From NCBI GenBank assembly GCA_002495675.1, contig DAGH01000021.1, forward strand, positions 8,318 to 72,317: a stretch of 64,000 nucleotides of DNA. Direction: 5' to 3'. The stretch's first letter is position 1. Every line of letters begins with the position of its first letter. Source of the stretch: Euryarchaeota archaeon UBA182. GTDB lineage: Archaea > Thermoplasmatota > Poseidoniia > Poseidoniales > Thalassarchaeaceae. The notes below the pieces were generated by a model. The model ran no database searches. It saw only the letters and a list, made by a program, of their open reading frames with translations, and was not told the DNA's origin. Positions 46,301-57,973 of the stretch are shown piece by piece. The translations under genes were made by a program, and so were the position numbers.

Positions 46301-48074
46301 GGGAGTCCAAATTCTGGCAAGTGGCCTAGACGACTTCAGTGCATTACCGGGTGAATTTGCATCTTTCGACATGTCAGTACTCAACACAGGAAATGGACCA
46401 ACTGAGTATGTAGTAGACTGTCAATCTCAAAGCGGCTGGGCGACGAGGATCGACTCCATACTATCTGAGTCGGTCTCCCTTCCAGAATTGGCCAGGTTGG
46501 AGTATGTGACTATCCCCATTCAGGTGCTGGTTCCCCAAGCGTCCGCGGGTCTACCCGCTGCGGGACATGTAGAGTCAGTTGATTGTGTCATATCATCCCC
46601 AAATGAGGGCGGACCGACCGAATTGTTGTCCACAGTGTTGATCGTCAAAGAAAGTAGACGTTTCGAAACTGTGCTTTTAGACGGCGAACAATCGCCACTG
46701 CCGCCATTAGCCGCGGCTTTGGACAGGCAGGTGTTGAACATGGTAGCTACAGACACTTTGTTGAGAATTGAAAATATTGGGAATACTCACCAAACCATTT
46801 CAATGATGATCAGTCTATCAGATTCAACATGGGGCATGGAGGTCATCACCTCTCCTGGTTCAGCGAATCCCATCCCAGTAGAATCCTTTGATGGATCCTC
46901 ATCGTTTGAATTCGTCTTGCAGGGTGGAACATCCGAGATTATTCAGGTTTCAGTGACAGCTCCACCAACTGCCTCGATGGGTCAGAAGGCCCTTCTGTCG
47001 TTCCGAACAACCGAGGGAAACCAACTATCCGTTGTCGACAACACCAGGTTTGTGCTCGAGGCAACTCCAGATTTAAGGATCTCATCTCTGGACAGTGTTG
47101 AGTCACTTTCCGGGGAGTTGACAGAAATACCCTTGTCAATAATCAATACGGGCAATGTCGCACTGGATTTGTCTTGGAGTTTCTCAAATGAAGTGGACTC
47201 ATGGTCTACTGGCCTCCAGTCTATTACCCCAACTTCAATCCAGCCAAATCAGGAACTAGATGTCCTACTCGGGATCAATATCCCCGATAATTGGCCTGTG
47301 GACCCAGATGGGAAAATTGTCGCAGTCCAGATAGAGGCCACTAACCCAGAACTCGCTGCCTCTTCCATCCTTAAAATAAAGGAGATAACCGTGAGAGTCA
47401 TAGAAACTTGTAGTTTTGAGGTTAACACTGCAACTGGGATTTCAGTTGACTCGGGAGATTCCACCGAAGCGTCGATACGTGTCACAAACACGGGGAATTC
47501 GGCTTCTAAGTTCACAATTGAATTCTTTCAGGAGACAAACTCATTTAATTTCCAAACCACCTATGGTCATGATTCTGCACTACCCCCAGGTGAGTCAGTG
47601 CCAATTCCAATACTAATCTCAGCGTCTGAAACTTCGTCCGCGGGGAGAGAACTTATTGTCGCTGAGATACGACCACTTAGCGACGGTTGTTTTGTCGTTG
47701 AGTCTGAATGGGATGTCTATGTAGACATACTACCTGCATCTGATGACGGAATATCGAACTCACTGCCCCCATTTGTCTTGCCATTAGCATTCATTCTCTC
47801 GATTCTCGCCCTGTCGCTGGTAGTTGTGGCTCTGAGGAGAACATCACCCAAGCCAGATGACCCTGGTGAGGAACTAATACCACAAGGCTCAGCGCTCATG
47901 CAAGGGGAGGCCTCGAAAAGGAGAATGAACGCCTTGTCGACTGATGTGGCTGAAGAGACCTTGAGCACATCCGTGAGCCAATCTGATCTTGATTCGGTAT
48001 TGATGGATTCTCTTCCAAAATTAGATTTGCCCCCTCTACCTAAAACAAATCCAGAAGAGGAGAATTCTGATTAA
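43380..48074 (+). CDS. Giant membrane-anchored subtilisin-like serine protease (S8) with long array of CARDB/Ig-like domains
   Basis: ORF track gives 43362..48074 (TTG). ATG 43380 gives MTGHGGRKAICLVLLILLQTSMSAASE, a signal peptide. The triad motifs are ISITDTGLDEDH, SGHGTHITGIIVG and TGTGSSMATAVASGGA. The downstream ~1,000 aa has repeated NxGN beta-sandwich signatures (KWRNEGNTATGNYDVEI; VLNTGNGPTEYVV; IINTGNVALDLSW; VTNTGNSASKFTI). The TM is LPLAFILSILALSLVVVAL, followed by a ~90-aa tail. Confidence 0.85.
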   Translation: MTGHGGRKAICLVLLILLQTSMSAASENLTTDHFELEPNRPDYSILSGPGMFSETNIDFTSGLIRGPFGPFDPLEEQIWNQDEFSDWYGYGGLIIAQSETSDLRNMIESMESRGAIFQEFYPDNAAIFSVDADQWFNLSSISGKSDDESIRWMSPLPASFRIEPELVTQSIGLVSVELHLIRDLSSVDIGQLEFMIKDYSGGMGSNVWCDDRLCRVEDISPITLTRLLEDNRVLYISNAADLESFDSTSRSIIGLSPTEITPPLDYDGTGEIISITDTGLDEDHQSLSDNIRAVYNQFGPDNSAADSNSGHGTHITGIIVGNGTLDNQTLGIAPAAEVNFYQIEYDTSGLLARWGTLYSMFSHSLQNQARTHNNAWGSVNQPGQYTADSHSADSFIVDQPSYLAVFSGGDIGHNQGATTTPPGTAKNVLTIGASTTGLGGTDPQGSGWLNNSGGTLDGRIKPDLVAPGVEICSARASEATSVTGQDCSTAIDQDATPLYVTGTGSSMATAVASGGALIVREYLGQELGLSEPDASLVKAMLINGATDLGQPDIPNPTEGWGELNVKQSIDPHDASKKLDLLIDAGRGLGPGDALVQQIDVQGSKLDITLVWTDQEGSVSASDSAPQLINNLDLLVTSPSGLVYAGNSFSQGYSTISTSTDTLNNVERVRIGVPEVGIWKVEVRSSAGVFQDGYSLVISGDAHWVDHSDLTTSPESLRITNDVIFEGEQLLIQMKWRNEGNTATGNYDVEIYDVTEQESISTITMPPLGSGETETWSVQHAFTTVGSHILELRLDTLSNVVESNDELVGIDNNIAQLEVMISKQGLVIIPLDANGDEVPPEDHISASSRLFEVLNTTTATFGFKVRNIGTSEATISVVSTPVKQLMENGALSNPSDEWTRVLSDSGPITLAASGQMNDNASFSISMIDETADPTSDEAPVYAVPGTFVTRVVVRDIQNPTISNSRSFSVLVPRVEGVQILASGLDDFSALPGEFASFDMSVLNTGNGPTEYVVDCQSQSGWATRIDSILSESVSLPELARLEYVTIPIQVLVPQASAGLPAAGHVESVDCVISSPNEGGPTELLSTVLIVKESRRFETVLLDGEQSPLPPLAAALDRQVLNMVATDTLLRIENIGNTHQTISMMISLSDSTWGMEVITSPGSANPIPVESFDGSSSFEFVLQGGTSEIIQVSVTAPPTASMGQKALLSFRTTEGNQLSVVDNTRFVLEATPDLRISSLDSVESLSGELTEIPLSIINTGNVALDLSWSFSNEVDSWSTGLQSITPTSIQPNQELDVLLGINIPDNWPVDPDGKIVAVQIEATNPELAASSILKIKEITVRVIETCSFEVNTATGISVDSGDSTEASIRVTNTGNSASKFTIEFFQETNSFNFQTTYGHDSALPPGESVPIPILISASETSSAGRELIVAEIRPLSDGCFVVESEWDVYVDILPASDDGISNSLPPFVLPLAFILSILALSLVVVALRRTSPKPDDPGEELIPQGSALMQGEASKRRMNALSTDVAEETLSTSVSQSDLDSVLMDSLPKLDLPPLPKTNPEEENSD

Positions 48075-48097
48075 CTCATTTCGTCTCGAAACATACC

Positions 48098-48745
48098 GTG
48101 AACTCCATGGTCAACGGTGAATCAATCATTCTTTTTGGCCCTCCTGGTGCAGGAAAGGGAACACAATCTGGCTTGATATCAACTATTACGGGAAAACCAC
48201 AAGTTTCTACTGGTGACATGCTGCGCGAGGCCGTATCCGATAATAGCGAGGTTGGGGGGGAGGCTAAGTCCTACATGGACAAAGGACTGTTGGTTCCCGA
48301 CAAGATCATCATGGAGCTAATAAAAATCAGGCTTAGCAAGGATGACGCGAAAAATGGTTTGCTATTCGATGGTTTTCCACGTACGATTCCACAGGCCATG
48401 GCCCTTGAAAAGTTAACATCAGTCTCCATGGTTGTCTCACTAGTTGTGCAGGATGATGAGATTGTTTCCAGGATTGCGGGCAGGAGGACGGACCCAGAAA
48501 CCGGTGAAATATATCATGTGGAGTATAAACCAGCCCCACAGGATATCAGAAGCAGGCTCTTACAGAGGGACGATGACACCGAAGACACTGTGAGAAATAG
48601 ATTGTCAACCTTCCACAAGCAAACGGCACCACTGTCCGATTTTTATCGAGACAAGGGGATTCTTATCGAGGTAGACGGTTCAGGGGATATTGAGCAGGTG
48701 TCCTCATCCATTGAGGCTATTATCAAGAGGAACAGTTTGGGCTGA
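48098..48745 (+). CDS. adk: Adenylate kinase (bacterial/eukaryotic Adk family)
   Basis: P-loop ILFGPPGAGKGTQ, then VSTGDMLRE, FDGFPRT, and the LID segment GRRTDPETGEIYH without a Cys4 zinc site. The start is GTG 48098 or ATG 48107. Confidence 0.9.
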   Translation: MNSMVNGESIILFGPPGAGKGTQSGLISTITGKPQVSTGDMLREAVSDNSEVGGEAKSYMDKGLLVPDKIIMELIKIRLSKDDAKNGLLFDGFPRTIPQAMALEKLTSVSMVVSLVVQDDEIVSRIAGRRTDPETGEIYHVEYKPAPQDIRSRLLQRDDDTEDTVRNRLSTFHKQTAPLSDFYRDKGILIEVDGSGDIEQVSSSIEAIIKRNSLG

Positions 48746-48751
48746 TTTGTT

Positions 48752-49054
48752 ATGGGAAGAGGCCACTCCAGGAATAACATCCGACGGAGACATGCCAAAG
48801 CCGGTGTCGAGACCATGTCGAGGTTATGGTCAAATTCCGAATCTGATGAAATATCTCAAAATGCTGGCACAACACTCATTGCCATAGCTAAAAGAAATAG
48901 AGTAAGGATCTCTAGGAGAATGAGAATGAGGATTTGCAGGACATGCAAAAAGACGCTCAACTCAAAAAACAGCAAAACTAGGATAAAGATGAAGACCATT
49001 GTCGTCTCCTGCCTAGATTGCGGAAGAGTACACAAGTACCGTGGTGGTGCATGA
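48752..49054 (+). CDS. rnp4: RNase P protein component 4 (Rpp21/Rpr2 family)
   Basis: 100 aa, basic. The zinc ribbon is ICRTCKKTL...VSCLDCGRVHKYR, preceded by IAKRNRVRISRRMRMR, which matches the Rpr2 layout. Confidence 0.75.
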   Translation: MGRGHSRNNIRRRHAKAGVETMSRLWSNSESDEISQNAGTTLIAIAKRNRVRISRRMRMRICRTCKKTLNSKNSKTRIKMKTIVVSCLDCGRVHKYRGGA

Positions 49055-49057
49055 TCG

Positions 49058-49330
49058 ATGTCGCGAAGTATTCCCCAAAGAATCATTGATTCTTCAAAAT
49101 CCAACGAACTAAGGGTCACATTGAGGGTTGGAAAAGATGGCCTCAGTCAAGCAGTTATCATGGAATTGAAAGACCAACTAAAGTCGAGAGAGCTGGTGAA
49201 GTTGAAAATCAACAAGGGTGTTATTTCAGAAAGAAGGGGACGAGAATCCATCATATCTGAACTTGAGGCCTCTACTGGGTCAGTCTCTGTTTTCGCAAGA
49301 GGAAACATAGCAGTATTCTGGCGAGTGTGA
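49058..49330 (+). CDS. CRM/YhbY-family RNA-binding protein
   Basis: 90 aa. The YhbY signature is LRVGKDGLSQAVIMELKDQLKSRELVKLKI. The gene starts 3 nt after the Rpp21 stop. Confidence 0.7.
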   Translation: MSRSIPQRIIDSSKSNELRVTLRVGKDGLSQAVIMELKDQLKSRELVKLKINKGVISERRGRESIISELEASTGSVSVFARGNIAVFWRV

Positions 49331-49378
49331 CCCTCATCACAGGTAGGCTTCATATGGCCCGTTGGGAGCCAATCATCC

Positions 49379-51007
49379 ATGCTCCATGTTAGTTGGACAC
49401 CCAGAATGATGAAATTGTCGTTCATACTGGCTCTTTTCATTGGAGTTATTCCCATCGTATCCGCGGGAAGCCTCCCAACAGGCGGTTCATGGGCTCCCCC
49501 AGAACAAATGCCTAGCTGGGTGACCCCAGTTGCCTTTGTGATCCTCATAGCAGTGTACGCTTTGATCGTATTTGAATTGGTTCATCGTGCTCTGGCGGCA
49601 GCTCTGGGTGGGATCGCCGTAGTAGTGGCGCTGCACGTAGTCGGGGATGGGCCAGATCTGGGAACAGTAGTGACTTGGATTGATGAAGAAACCCTCGGCC
49701 TCCTGATAGGAATGATGGTCATTGTAGATGTACTTGCAAAAACCGGTCTCTTCGAGTGGGCCGCTGTACAAGCGTATGCGCTGAGCGGGGGTTCAATCTG
49801 GAGGCTCTCATTCATCCTCTGCACCATAACCGCTGTATTCTCTGCTTTCCTAGACAATGTTACTACGATTTTATTGATAGTCCCCGTGACGATCCAAATA
49901 TCAAAAGTTCTGGATCTAGAACCCGTGCCGCTGATAATCGCTGAGGTCATGTTTTCAAACATCGGTGGTGCTGCAACCCAAATTGGCGATCCACCAAACA
50001 TAATCATTGGCGCCCAACTTTCAGAACAAGCCCTAGCGGGGAATACAATGCTGATGGGTCAGGGGATATCATTCGTGGACTTCATAATCCATGTAGGACC
50101 TGCTGTTGTAATTGCCTTTGCTCCATCATTTTGGCTTCTTTCCAAATTAGAGTCCAAAGGCTTGTCCGGTGCTAGACACAGGAATGTGGACCTGCTCCGG
50201 CTCAGGTATGGCATAAAGGACATTGAGTTACTGAAACGGTCGGGCTTAATACTGGCGGGGGTCATTGCCGCATTCTTTGCGCATTCAGCATTTCATCATC
50301 CACTGTTGACCGTCGCGACGATTGCCTTGGGCGGAGCAGTCCTGATGCTCCTTGTTACCTCACCTCATCACGTAGAGGAGCAACTGGAGGCAGTTGAGTG
50401 GACAACTATAATCTTCTTTGCTGGTCTCTTCATAATGATTGGAGGGTTGCAATACATGGGTCTGATAGACACGATAGCGGATGGTATCTCTAACACTATC
50501 TCAAGGGCCACTCCCGAGAACAGGCTGATGATCGCAGTACTCTTGTTGTTGTGGGTCTCTGGTATAGCCTCGGCCTTCATAGATAATATTCCATACACAG
50601 CAACAATGGTACCTGTTGTGATCGAACTGGCAAGCGATCCCAGCCTTGGCTTGTCATTGGGGCCGTTGGCTTGGGCGCTAGCGCTTGGTGCTTGCCTGGG
50701 GGGTAATGGAACTATTATCGGAGCGTCCGCTAATGTTGTAGCGGCGGGTCTTGCTGAGGAATCAGGTAATGATATATCATTCAACAGGTTTTTCAGAACT
50801 GGTTTTCCTATCATGATTCTCACCCTCTTGACGTCTACCGTTTATGTTGTAGTTAGATATGCCATAAACTGGGAAAATTCCTTCAATCCACTAGGCAACT
50901 TGGCACCTGTGATCATCATAGGAACAATGATGATAGCATCATTATCGCTAACTCCCCACGTGTACGGGAAATTCTCTGGTTCAGTTGATGATACCGAGGT
51001 TGAGTGA
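49379..51007 (+). CDS. ArsB/NhaD-superfamily ion transporter (citrate-transporter-like permease)
   Basis: 542 aa with at least 10 hydrophobic helices. It carries duplicated SAFLDNVTT and SAFIDNIPYTATM motifs, which are characteristic of the ArsB/NhaD permease fold. An alternative start is MMKLSF at 49406. Confidence 0.75.
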   Translation: MLHVSWTPRMMKLSFILALFIGVIPIVSAGSLPTGGSWAPPEQMPSWVTPVAFVILIAVYALIVFELVHRALAAALGGIAVVVALHVVGDGPDLGTVVTWIDEETLGLLIGMMVIVDVLAKTGLFEWAAVQAYALSGGSIWRLSFILCTITAVFSAFLDNVTTILLIVPVTIQISKVLDLEPVPLIIAEVMFSNIGGAATQIGDPPNIIIGAQLSEQALAGNTMLMGQGISFVDFIIHVGPAVVIAFAPSFWLLSKLESKGLSGARHRNVDLLRLRYGIKDIELLKRSGLILAGVIAAFFAHSAFHHPLLTVATIALGGAVLMLLVTSPHHVEEQLEAVEWTTIIFFAGLFIMIGGLQYMGLIDTIADGISNTISRATPENRLMIAVLLLLWVSGIASAFIDNIPYTATMVPVVIELASDPSLGLSLGPLAWALALGACLGGNGTIIGASANVVAAGLAEESGNDISFNRFFRTGFPIMILTLLTSTVYVVVRYAINWENSFNPLGNLAPVIIIGTMMIASLSLTPHVYGKFSGSVDDTEVE

Positions 51008-51186
51008 TTGAGCCTTAGCAAAGCGTTATTGACAGACCAAATGGCGTTTGATCATCCATCTACTTGATATACCCAAGGCAAGTCGCAGGGCTGCTTTTAG
51101 TGCACCCCTGCAGTGATGCTGAAGGGGGAAGTGGATGAGGCTTCGCTGCCCTGCGGGGAGACAGTGTGGCCAAGGAATCCAACGAC

Positions 51187-51219
51187 GAATCGAGAAGCCT
51201 GGACACCAGAGGACTCACC
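51187..51219 (+). other. 5' strand of the pre-23S rRNA processing helix containing a bulge-helix-bulge (BHB) motif
   Basis: gaatcgagaagcct (51187-51200) is the exact reverse complement of aggcttctcgattc (54173-54186). Next, GGAC (51201-04) pairs with GTCC (54166-69). A 3-nt bulge ACC follows (51205-07). AGAGG (51208-12) then pairs with CCTCT (54161-65), and CTCACC pairs with GGTGGG. Confidence 0.8.
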
Positions 51220-51244
51220 AAAGGTGAGGAATCGAATGTACAAC

Positions 51245-54136
<2,892 letters not shown>

Positions 54137-54154
54137 TTATACATCCTAGCCAGA

Positions 54155-54186
54155 GGTGGGCCTCTGTCCAATAGGCTTCTCGATTC
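54155..54186 (+). other. 3' strand of the pre-23S rRNA processing helix (BHB motif partner)
   Basis: This strand reads ggtggg-cctct-gtcc-[aat bulge 54170-72]-aggcttctcgattc and pairs with 51187-51219. The two 3-nt bulges lie on opposite strands and are separated by a 4-bp helix. Confidence 0.8.
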
Positions 54187-54203
54187 ATCAAATTCGAAAA
54201 TGC

Positions 54204-54329
54204 GGTGTGCACGGCCACAGCGGAGGGGTAATACCCGGTCCCATCCCGAACCCGGAAGTCAAGCCCTCCTGCGTCGACTCCTGTACTGTGGTGCGAGAGC
54301 CCACGGGAACGTTCGTCGCTGTGCCACCC
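54204..54329 (+). rRNA. rrf: 5S ribosomal RNA
   Basis: The sequence ggtgtgcacggccacagcgg...cccatcccgaacccggaagtcaagcc...gtactgtggtgcgagagcccacgggaa...gtcgctgtgccacc has the conserved 5S loop/helix pattern. The terminal helix pairs GGTG/CACC and GCAC/GTGC. A TTTT tract follows at 54331-54334. Confidence 0.9.
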
Positions 54330-54386
54330 ATTTTCATCCCCGCAACACTCCATTCACATTATTCCGAAAGTTCCAGAGGAAAACAC

Positions 54387-55049
54387 ATGACTACCCTTAC
54401 TGGAGACATTCTGGGCCACCCACAAGTAGGAGTCCATGTTTCAATTATTGGTGACGTCCTATTCCATCCCGTATCTCTCGATAACGAATGCAAAGAGATG
54501 CTCTCGAATACGTTTGATTTGGAAATGGCCCCATTTTCGATTGGTGGGTCCAGCCTTTTGGGCAGTCTACTTCGTGGAAACAGAAACGGCATAGCCGTTG
54601 CTGACATAGCAACGGAGTCCGATCTCGACAAACTTACCTCATTTGGAGAGGTAGTCGTGATGGAATCAGGTGTCAATGCGGCTGGTAATCTAATCGCATG
54701 CAACAACCATGGAGCAGTGGTAGGTATGACCATACCCGGACCTGGATGTGAGATAATTTCTGACGTACTAGGAGTTCCGGCAACAAGAGTGAGGGTCGCT
54801 GGCCAGGACACAGTTGGGTCCTCATTGGTGGTGAATGATTCAGGTGTGCTCGCCCACCCTGATGTCACTGAACCAGAAGCATCCATAATTTCTAGCGCAC
54901 TTTCAGTGCCCTTGATGGTAGGTACGGTCTGTTTTGGATCACCATACGTAGGTGCTGGATGTCTTGCCTCGAACAAGTCGGTTCTTGCTGGAACAGGTAC
55001 TACCGGGCCCGAGCTCAATAGAATTGAAGATGCACTAGGACTAATATGA
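54387..55049 (+). CDS. eif6: Translation initiation factor 6 (aIF6)
   Basis: ORF track starts at 54156, inside the 5S rRNA. ATG 54387 gives a 220-aa protein with the aIF6 pattern (GHPQVGVHVS..., IGGSSLLGSLLRGNRNGIAV, NAAGNLIACNNHGAVV, VGSSLVVNDSGVLAHP, five pseudo-repeats). Confidence 0.88.
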   Translation: MTTLTGDILGHPQVGVHVSIIGDVLFHPVSLDNECKEMLSNTFDLEMAPFSIGGSSLLGSLLRGNRNGIAVADIATESDLDKLTSFGEVVVMESGVNAAGNLIACNNHGAVVGMTIPGPGCEIISDVLGVPATRVRVAGQDTVGSSLVVNDSGVLAHPDVTEPEASIISSALSVPLMVGTVCFGSPYVGAGCLASNKSVLAGTGTTGPELNRIEDALGLI

Positions 55050-55280
55050 TCAAATTGCGGTGGGTGCAACGTGATCGTCAGATTTATCGCCCTTTTCGTT
55101 AACCCTAGACCAGACCGATTTCATTAATTCATTATGGTGATGTGAACAATATCGAAATCTTTTGTAGGCCTCTCTGAAAGAATATGCCTTGTTCCCCGTA
55201 CCGACGAGGAAGCCTTCTGGGGAAAGCCTGCTAATCTTGTCAGCCTCTGCCTCGCACCCGTCCACGTCACATCTTTCCAT
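55050..55280 (-). CDS. Hypothetical small Cys/His-rich (putative zinc-binding) protein
   Basis: 76-aa ORF reading MERCDVDGCEAE...RYCSHHHNEL (C-x4-C ... C-x-HHH). It fills the gap between eif6 and the BCCP gene and does not overlap either. Confidence 0.45.
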   Translation of the reverse strand: MERCDVDGCEAEADKISRLSPEGFLVGTGNKAYSFREAYKRFRYCSHHHNELMKSVWSRVNEKGDKSDDHVAPTAI

Positions 55281-55304
55281 ATTGCAAAATACACACTCTG
55301 AGAT

Positions 55305-55715
55305 TTAACCGTGTGGTTCCGGTTCTATCCTGGCTAATAGAAAATTTGCCTCAACGCTGTCTCCTTCTGATACATTAACCTCGGCAACGGTACCATCAAT
55401 GCCAGAGGAAATTTCATTCTGCATTTTCATGGCCTCTAGAATAAGAATCGTCTGGCCGCTTTGTACGGTATCTCCTACGGCAACGTCTATGGATACCACT
55501 TTCCCAGGAATTGATGAAACAACCGAACCGCTGGCATTGTTTTTCGTCCCCCTGTTGAATTTCTTGGATTTGGCTGGTTTGGGTAAATCTGGTGCGCCTT
55601 CGATAAGAATATCATGCACCTTATTACCTATTTTTATCCGTAGAAATCCATTTAATCTCTCAATTTCAGCATTTATTTCTTCACCATTAATTGTGAATTT
55701 CCTAATTTCAGTCAT
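55305..55715 (-). CDS. Biotin carboxyl carrier / biotinyl-domain subunit (MmdC/1.3S-like)
   Basis: I place the start at MTEIRKF (55715, an ATGA overlap with the upstream small ORF). The biotinylation motif is LILEAMKMQNEI. The N-terminal KFTINGEEINAEIE segment and the Pro/Lys linker resemble decarboxylase/transcarboxylase carrier subunits. Confidence 0.85.
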   Translation of the reverse strand: MTEIRKFTINGEEINAEIERLNGFLRIKIGNKVHDILIEGAPDLPKPAKSKKFNRGTKNNASGSVVSSIPGKVVSIDVAVGDTVQSGQTILILEAMKMQNEISSGIDGTVAEVNVSEGDSVEANFLLARIEPEPHG

Positions 55716-55879
55716 CCTCTGTCGACCCCCTCGGACGATCTCATTCTGTGAGCGATGCCCCACGGTCGACCTTTTCTTCTGAATGCAGTCGGAGCCCTTG
55801 TTTTTCCTCGTTCCTCTTCCATGACGAGAGCCGCTATACAGATCGCAAATATCTCTTCCCTGGAAACCATTTTCACCAT
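55712..55879 (-). CDS. Small subunit-like ORF between carboxyltransferase and BCCP (acyl-CoA carboxylase epsilon- or decarboxylase delta-like)
   Basis: 55 aa from MVKMVSREEIFAICIAALVMEEE.... It starts 1 nt after the pccB stop and ends overlapping the BCCP start. The position and the EE-IAA-IAAL motif resemble small accessory subunits. Confidence 0.45.
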   Translation of the reverse strand: MVKMVSREEIFAICIAALVMEEERGKTRAPTAFRRKGRPWGIAHRMRSSEGVDRG

Positions 55880-55880
55880 C

Positions 55881-57458
55881 TCACAGTGGTAGATTTCCAT
55901 GTCTTCGTTTTGGTCGTTCTTCGATTTTTTCTAGGTTTGTCCTCAATGCTAAAATCAACTTTCTTCTTGTTTCTGATGGTTCAATAATATCATCTATGAA
56001 ACCCAAGGCTGCGGCTTGGTAAGGATTCGCGAAGGCTTCTTCATATTCTTCTATTAGCCGTGCTCTCTCCTCATCTGGGTTTCCTGCGTTGTCAATACGC
56101 CCCTTGTGTAGAATCTGTACTGCTCCGCTGGCACCCATGACAGCCAATCTTGCAGTGGGCCATGCAACATTGTAATCTCCTCGGATATGTTTTGAGGACA
56201 TAACGTCATATGCACCGCCATACGCTTTTCTCGTAATCACCGTCAACTTTGGAACAGTTGCTTCCGCATAGGCATACAACAACTTGGCACCGTGTCTAAT
56301 TATGCCTCCCCACTCTTGGCTTGCTCCGGGTAAGAATCCCGGGACATCGGTAAATGTCACTAGGGGGATACCAAAAGCGTCACAAAACCTCACAAATCTG
56401 GCACCTTTTACAGAGGCGTCGATGTCTAGGCAACCAGCAAGTACTTTCGGTTGATTAGCGATTACTCCGACCGATTCTCTGCCTAATCGTGCAAATCCGA
56501 CTATCAAATTCATCGCAAATTCCGATTGAACTTCCAAGAAGCTGTCTCTGTCGCATACCTCCTCTATGACATCTAGCATGTCATAAGGTATCGAGGGATC
56601 AGGAGGGACTATTTGGTCAAGATTCAAACAAATTCGATCTATGGGATCCAGTGCATTGCCCAAGGTGGCGCGTTCTAGATTGTTTGAGGGAAGCCTCCCG
56701 ACAAGATCTCTGACGAGCAATAATGCTTCAGAATCATTATCTGCGACAAAATGCGTCACACCAGACTTTTTTGCATGTGTGGAAGCCCCACCAAGGTCAT
56801 CAAAAGTGACATCCTCATTTGTGACCGTTTTAATCACCTCAGGTCCTGTGATGAACATATGCGATGTTCCATCGACCATCACAACAAAGTCGGTAATCGC
56901 AGGTGAGTAAACGGCACCACCAGCACAAGGGCCCATGATGACTGATATCTGGGGGATCACACCGCTCGCTCTAACATTCCTGAAGAAAATTTCTGCATAA
57001 CTTCCAAGGCTCGCAACTCCTTCTTGTATTCTGGCACCTCCACTGTCATTGAGGCCGATTACTGGAGTACCGGTCTTGACAGCAAGATCTAGTATTTTGC
57101 AGATTTTCAAGCCATGCATCTCACCCAGAGAACCGCCATATACGGTGAAATCCTGGGCAAAACAGTGGACTAATTTTCCATCAATAGTACCATGTCCAGT
57201 AACAACTCCATCTCCTGGTATGATGTTTTTGTCCATCCCAAAATCTCTACATCTGTGCTCAACCAAGGCATCTATCTCCACGAATGAACCTTCGTCCAAT
57301 AATTCTTCGAGCCTTTCTCTGGCTGTTAATTTCCCCTTGGCATGCTGGGCATTAGTCCTAGCGATGCCCCCTCCTGCCGCTGATCGAGACTTTCTAGACC
57401 TCAGATCTGCGATACGCGCATCGCTGTCATCCATATACCGCGATGTTGTACCATTCAT
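55881..57458 (-). CDS. pccB: Propionyl-CoA carboxylase beta chain / methylmalonyl-CoA carboxyltransferase (12S/MmdA family)
   Basis: 525 aa with the typical carboxyltransferase pattern: [90 protein letters not shown]. Confidence 0.92.
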   Translation of the reverse strand: MNGTTSRYMDDSDARIADLRSRKSRSAAGGGIARTNAQHAKGKLTARERLEELLDEGSFVEIDALVEHRCRDFGMDKNIIPGDGVVTGHGTIDGKLVHCFAQDFTVYGGSLGEMHGLKICKILDLAVKTGTPVIGLNDSGGARIQEGVASLGSYAEIFFRNVRASGVIPQISVIMGPCAGGAVYSPAITDFVVMVDGTSHMFITGPEVIKTVTNEDVTFDDLGGASTHAKKSGVTHFVADNDSEALLLVRDLVGRLPSNNLERATLGNALDPIDRICLNLDQIVPPDPSIPYDMLDVIEEVCDRDSFLEVQSEFAMNLIVGFARLGRESVGVIANQPKVLAGCLDIDASVKGARFVRFCDAFGIPLVTFTDVPGFLPGASQEWGGIIRHGAKLLYAYAEATVPKLTVITRKAYGGAYDVMSSKHIRGDYNVAWPTARLAVMGASGAVQILHKGRIDNAGNPDEERARLIEEYEEAFANPYQAAALGFIDDIIEPSETRRKLILALRTNLEKIEERPKRRHGNLPL

Positions 57459-57535
57459 AAAGTGAATTAGGGATTATATCATCAAGGAATGCGGTTCATT
57501 GAAATCGTTATTGTGTCCAGGCAATATAGGGAGAC

Positions 57536-57973
57536 ATGAGGGTAGTCATCGCGAAAGCTGGCCTTGATGGTCATGATAGAGGTGCAAAAATCATAGCTAG
57601 GGCCTTGAGGGATGGAGGCCACGAGGTAATCTACACTGGGCTTAGAAGGACACCAGAACAAATAGTTGCAATCGCGAGGGATGAAGATGCGAGTGCTGTC
57701 GGAATATCCACCTTGTCGGGCGCCCATGCTAGGCTTATACCCACAATTTGCGAGTTATTGAGAGCGGAAGGAATGGACGAGGTGACTGTTTTCGTTGGAG
57801 GAATCATCCCAGACACCGATAGAGAAGCTCTGTATGGCTGTGGAGTCAGGGCCATCTTCGGCCCTGGAACTAGTATTAATGAGCCCATAACCTTCTTAGA
57901 AAATGTCAATGAAAGGACTCAGCAGAATCTCCCGGTTGGAGTAGGTCATGGGGGCGACTGGAAGTGGAGTTAA
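57536..57973 (+). CDS. Methylmalonyl-CoA mutase small subunit (B12-binding domain)
   Basis: 145 aa. RVVIAKAGLDGHDRGAKIIARALRDGGHEVIYTG contains the DxHxxG cobalamin-binding motif. Confidence 0.9.
   Translation: MRVVIAKAGLDGHDRGAKIIARALRDGGHEVIYTGLRRTPEQIVAIARDEDASAVGISTLSGAHARLIPTICELLRAEGMDEVTVFVGGIIPDTDREALYGCGVRAIFGPGTSINEPITFLENVNERTQQNLPVGVGHGGDWKWS

Noticed and set aside
54359-55069. 236-aa ORF antisense to eif6
   Set aside because: It is fully contained in the opposite strand of a well-supported conserved gene. It has a low-complexity Pro/Ser/Thr-rich translation and no motif.
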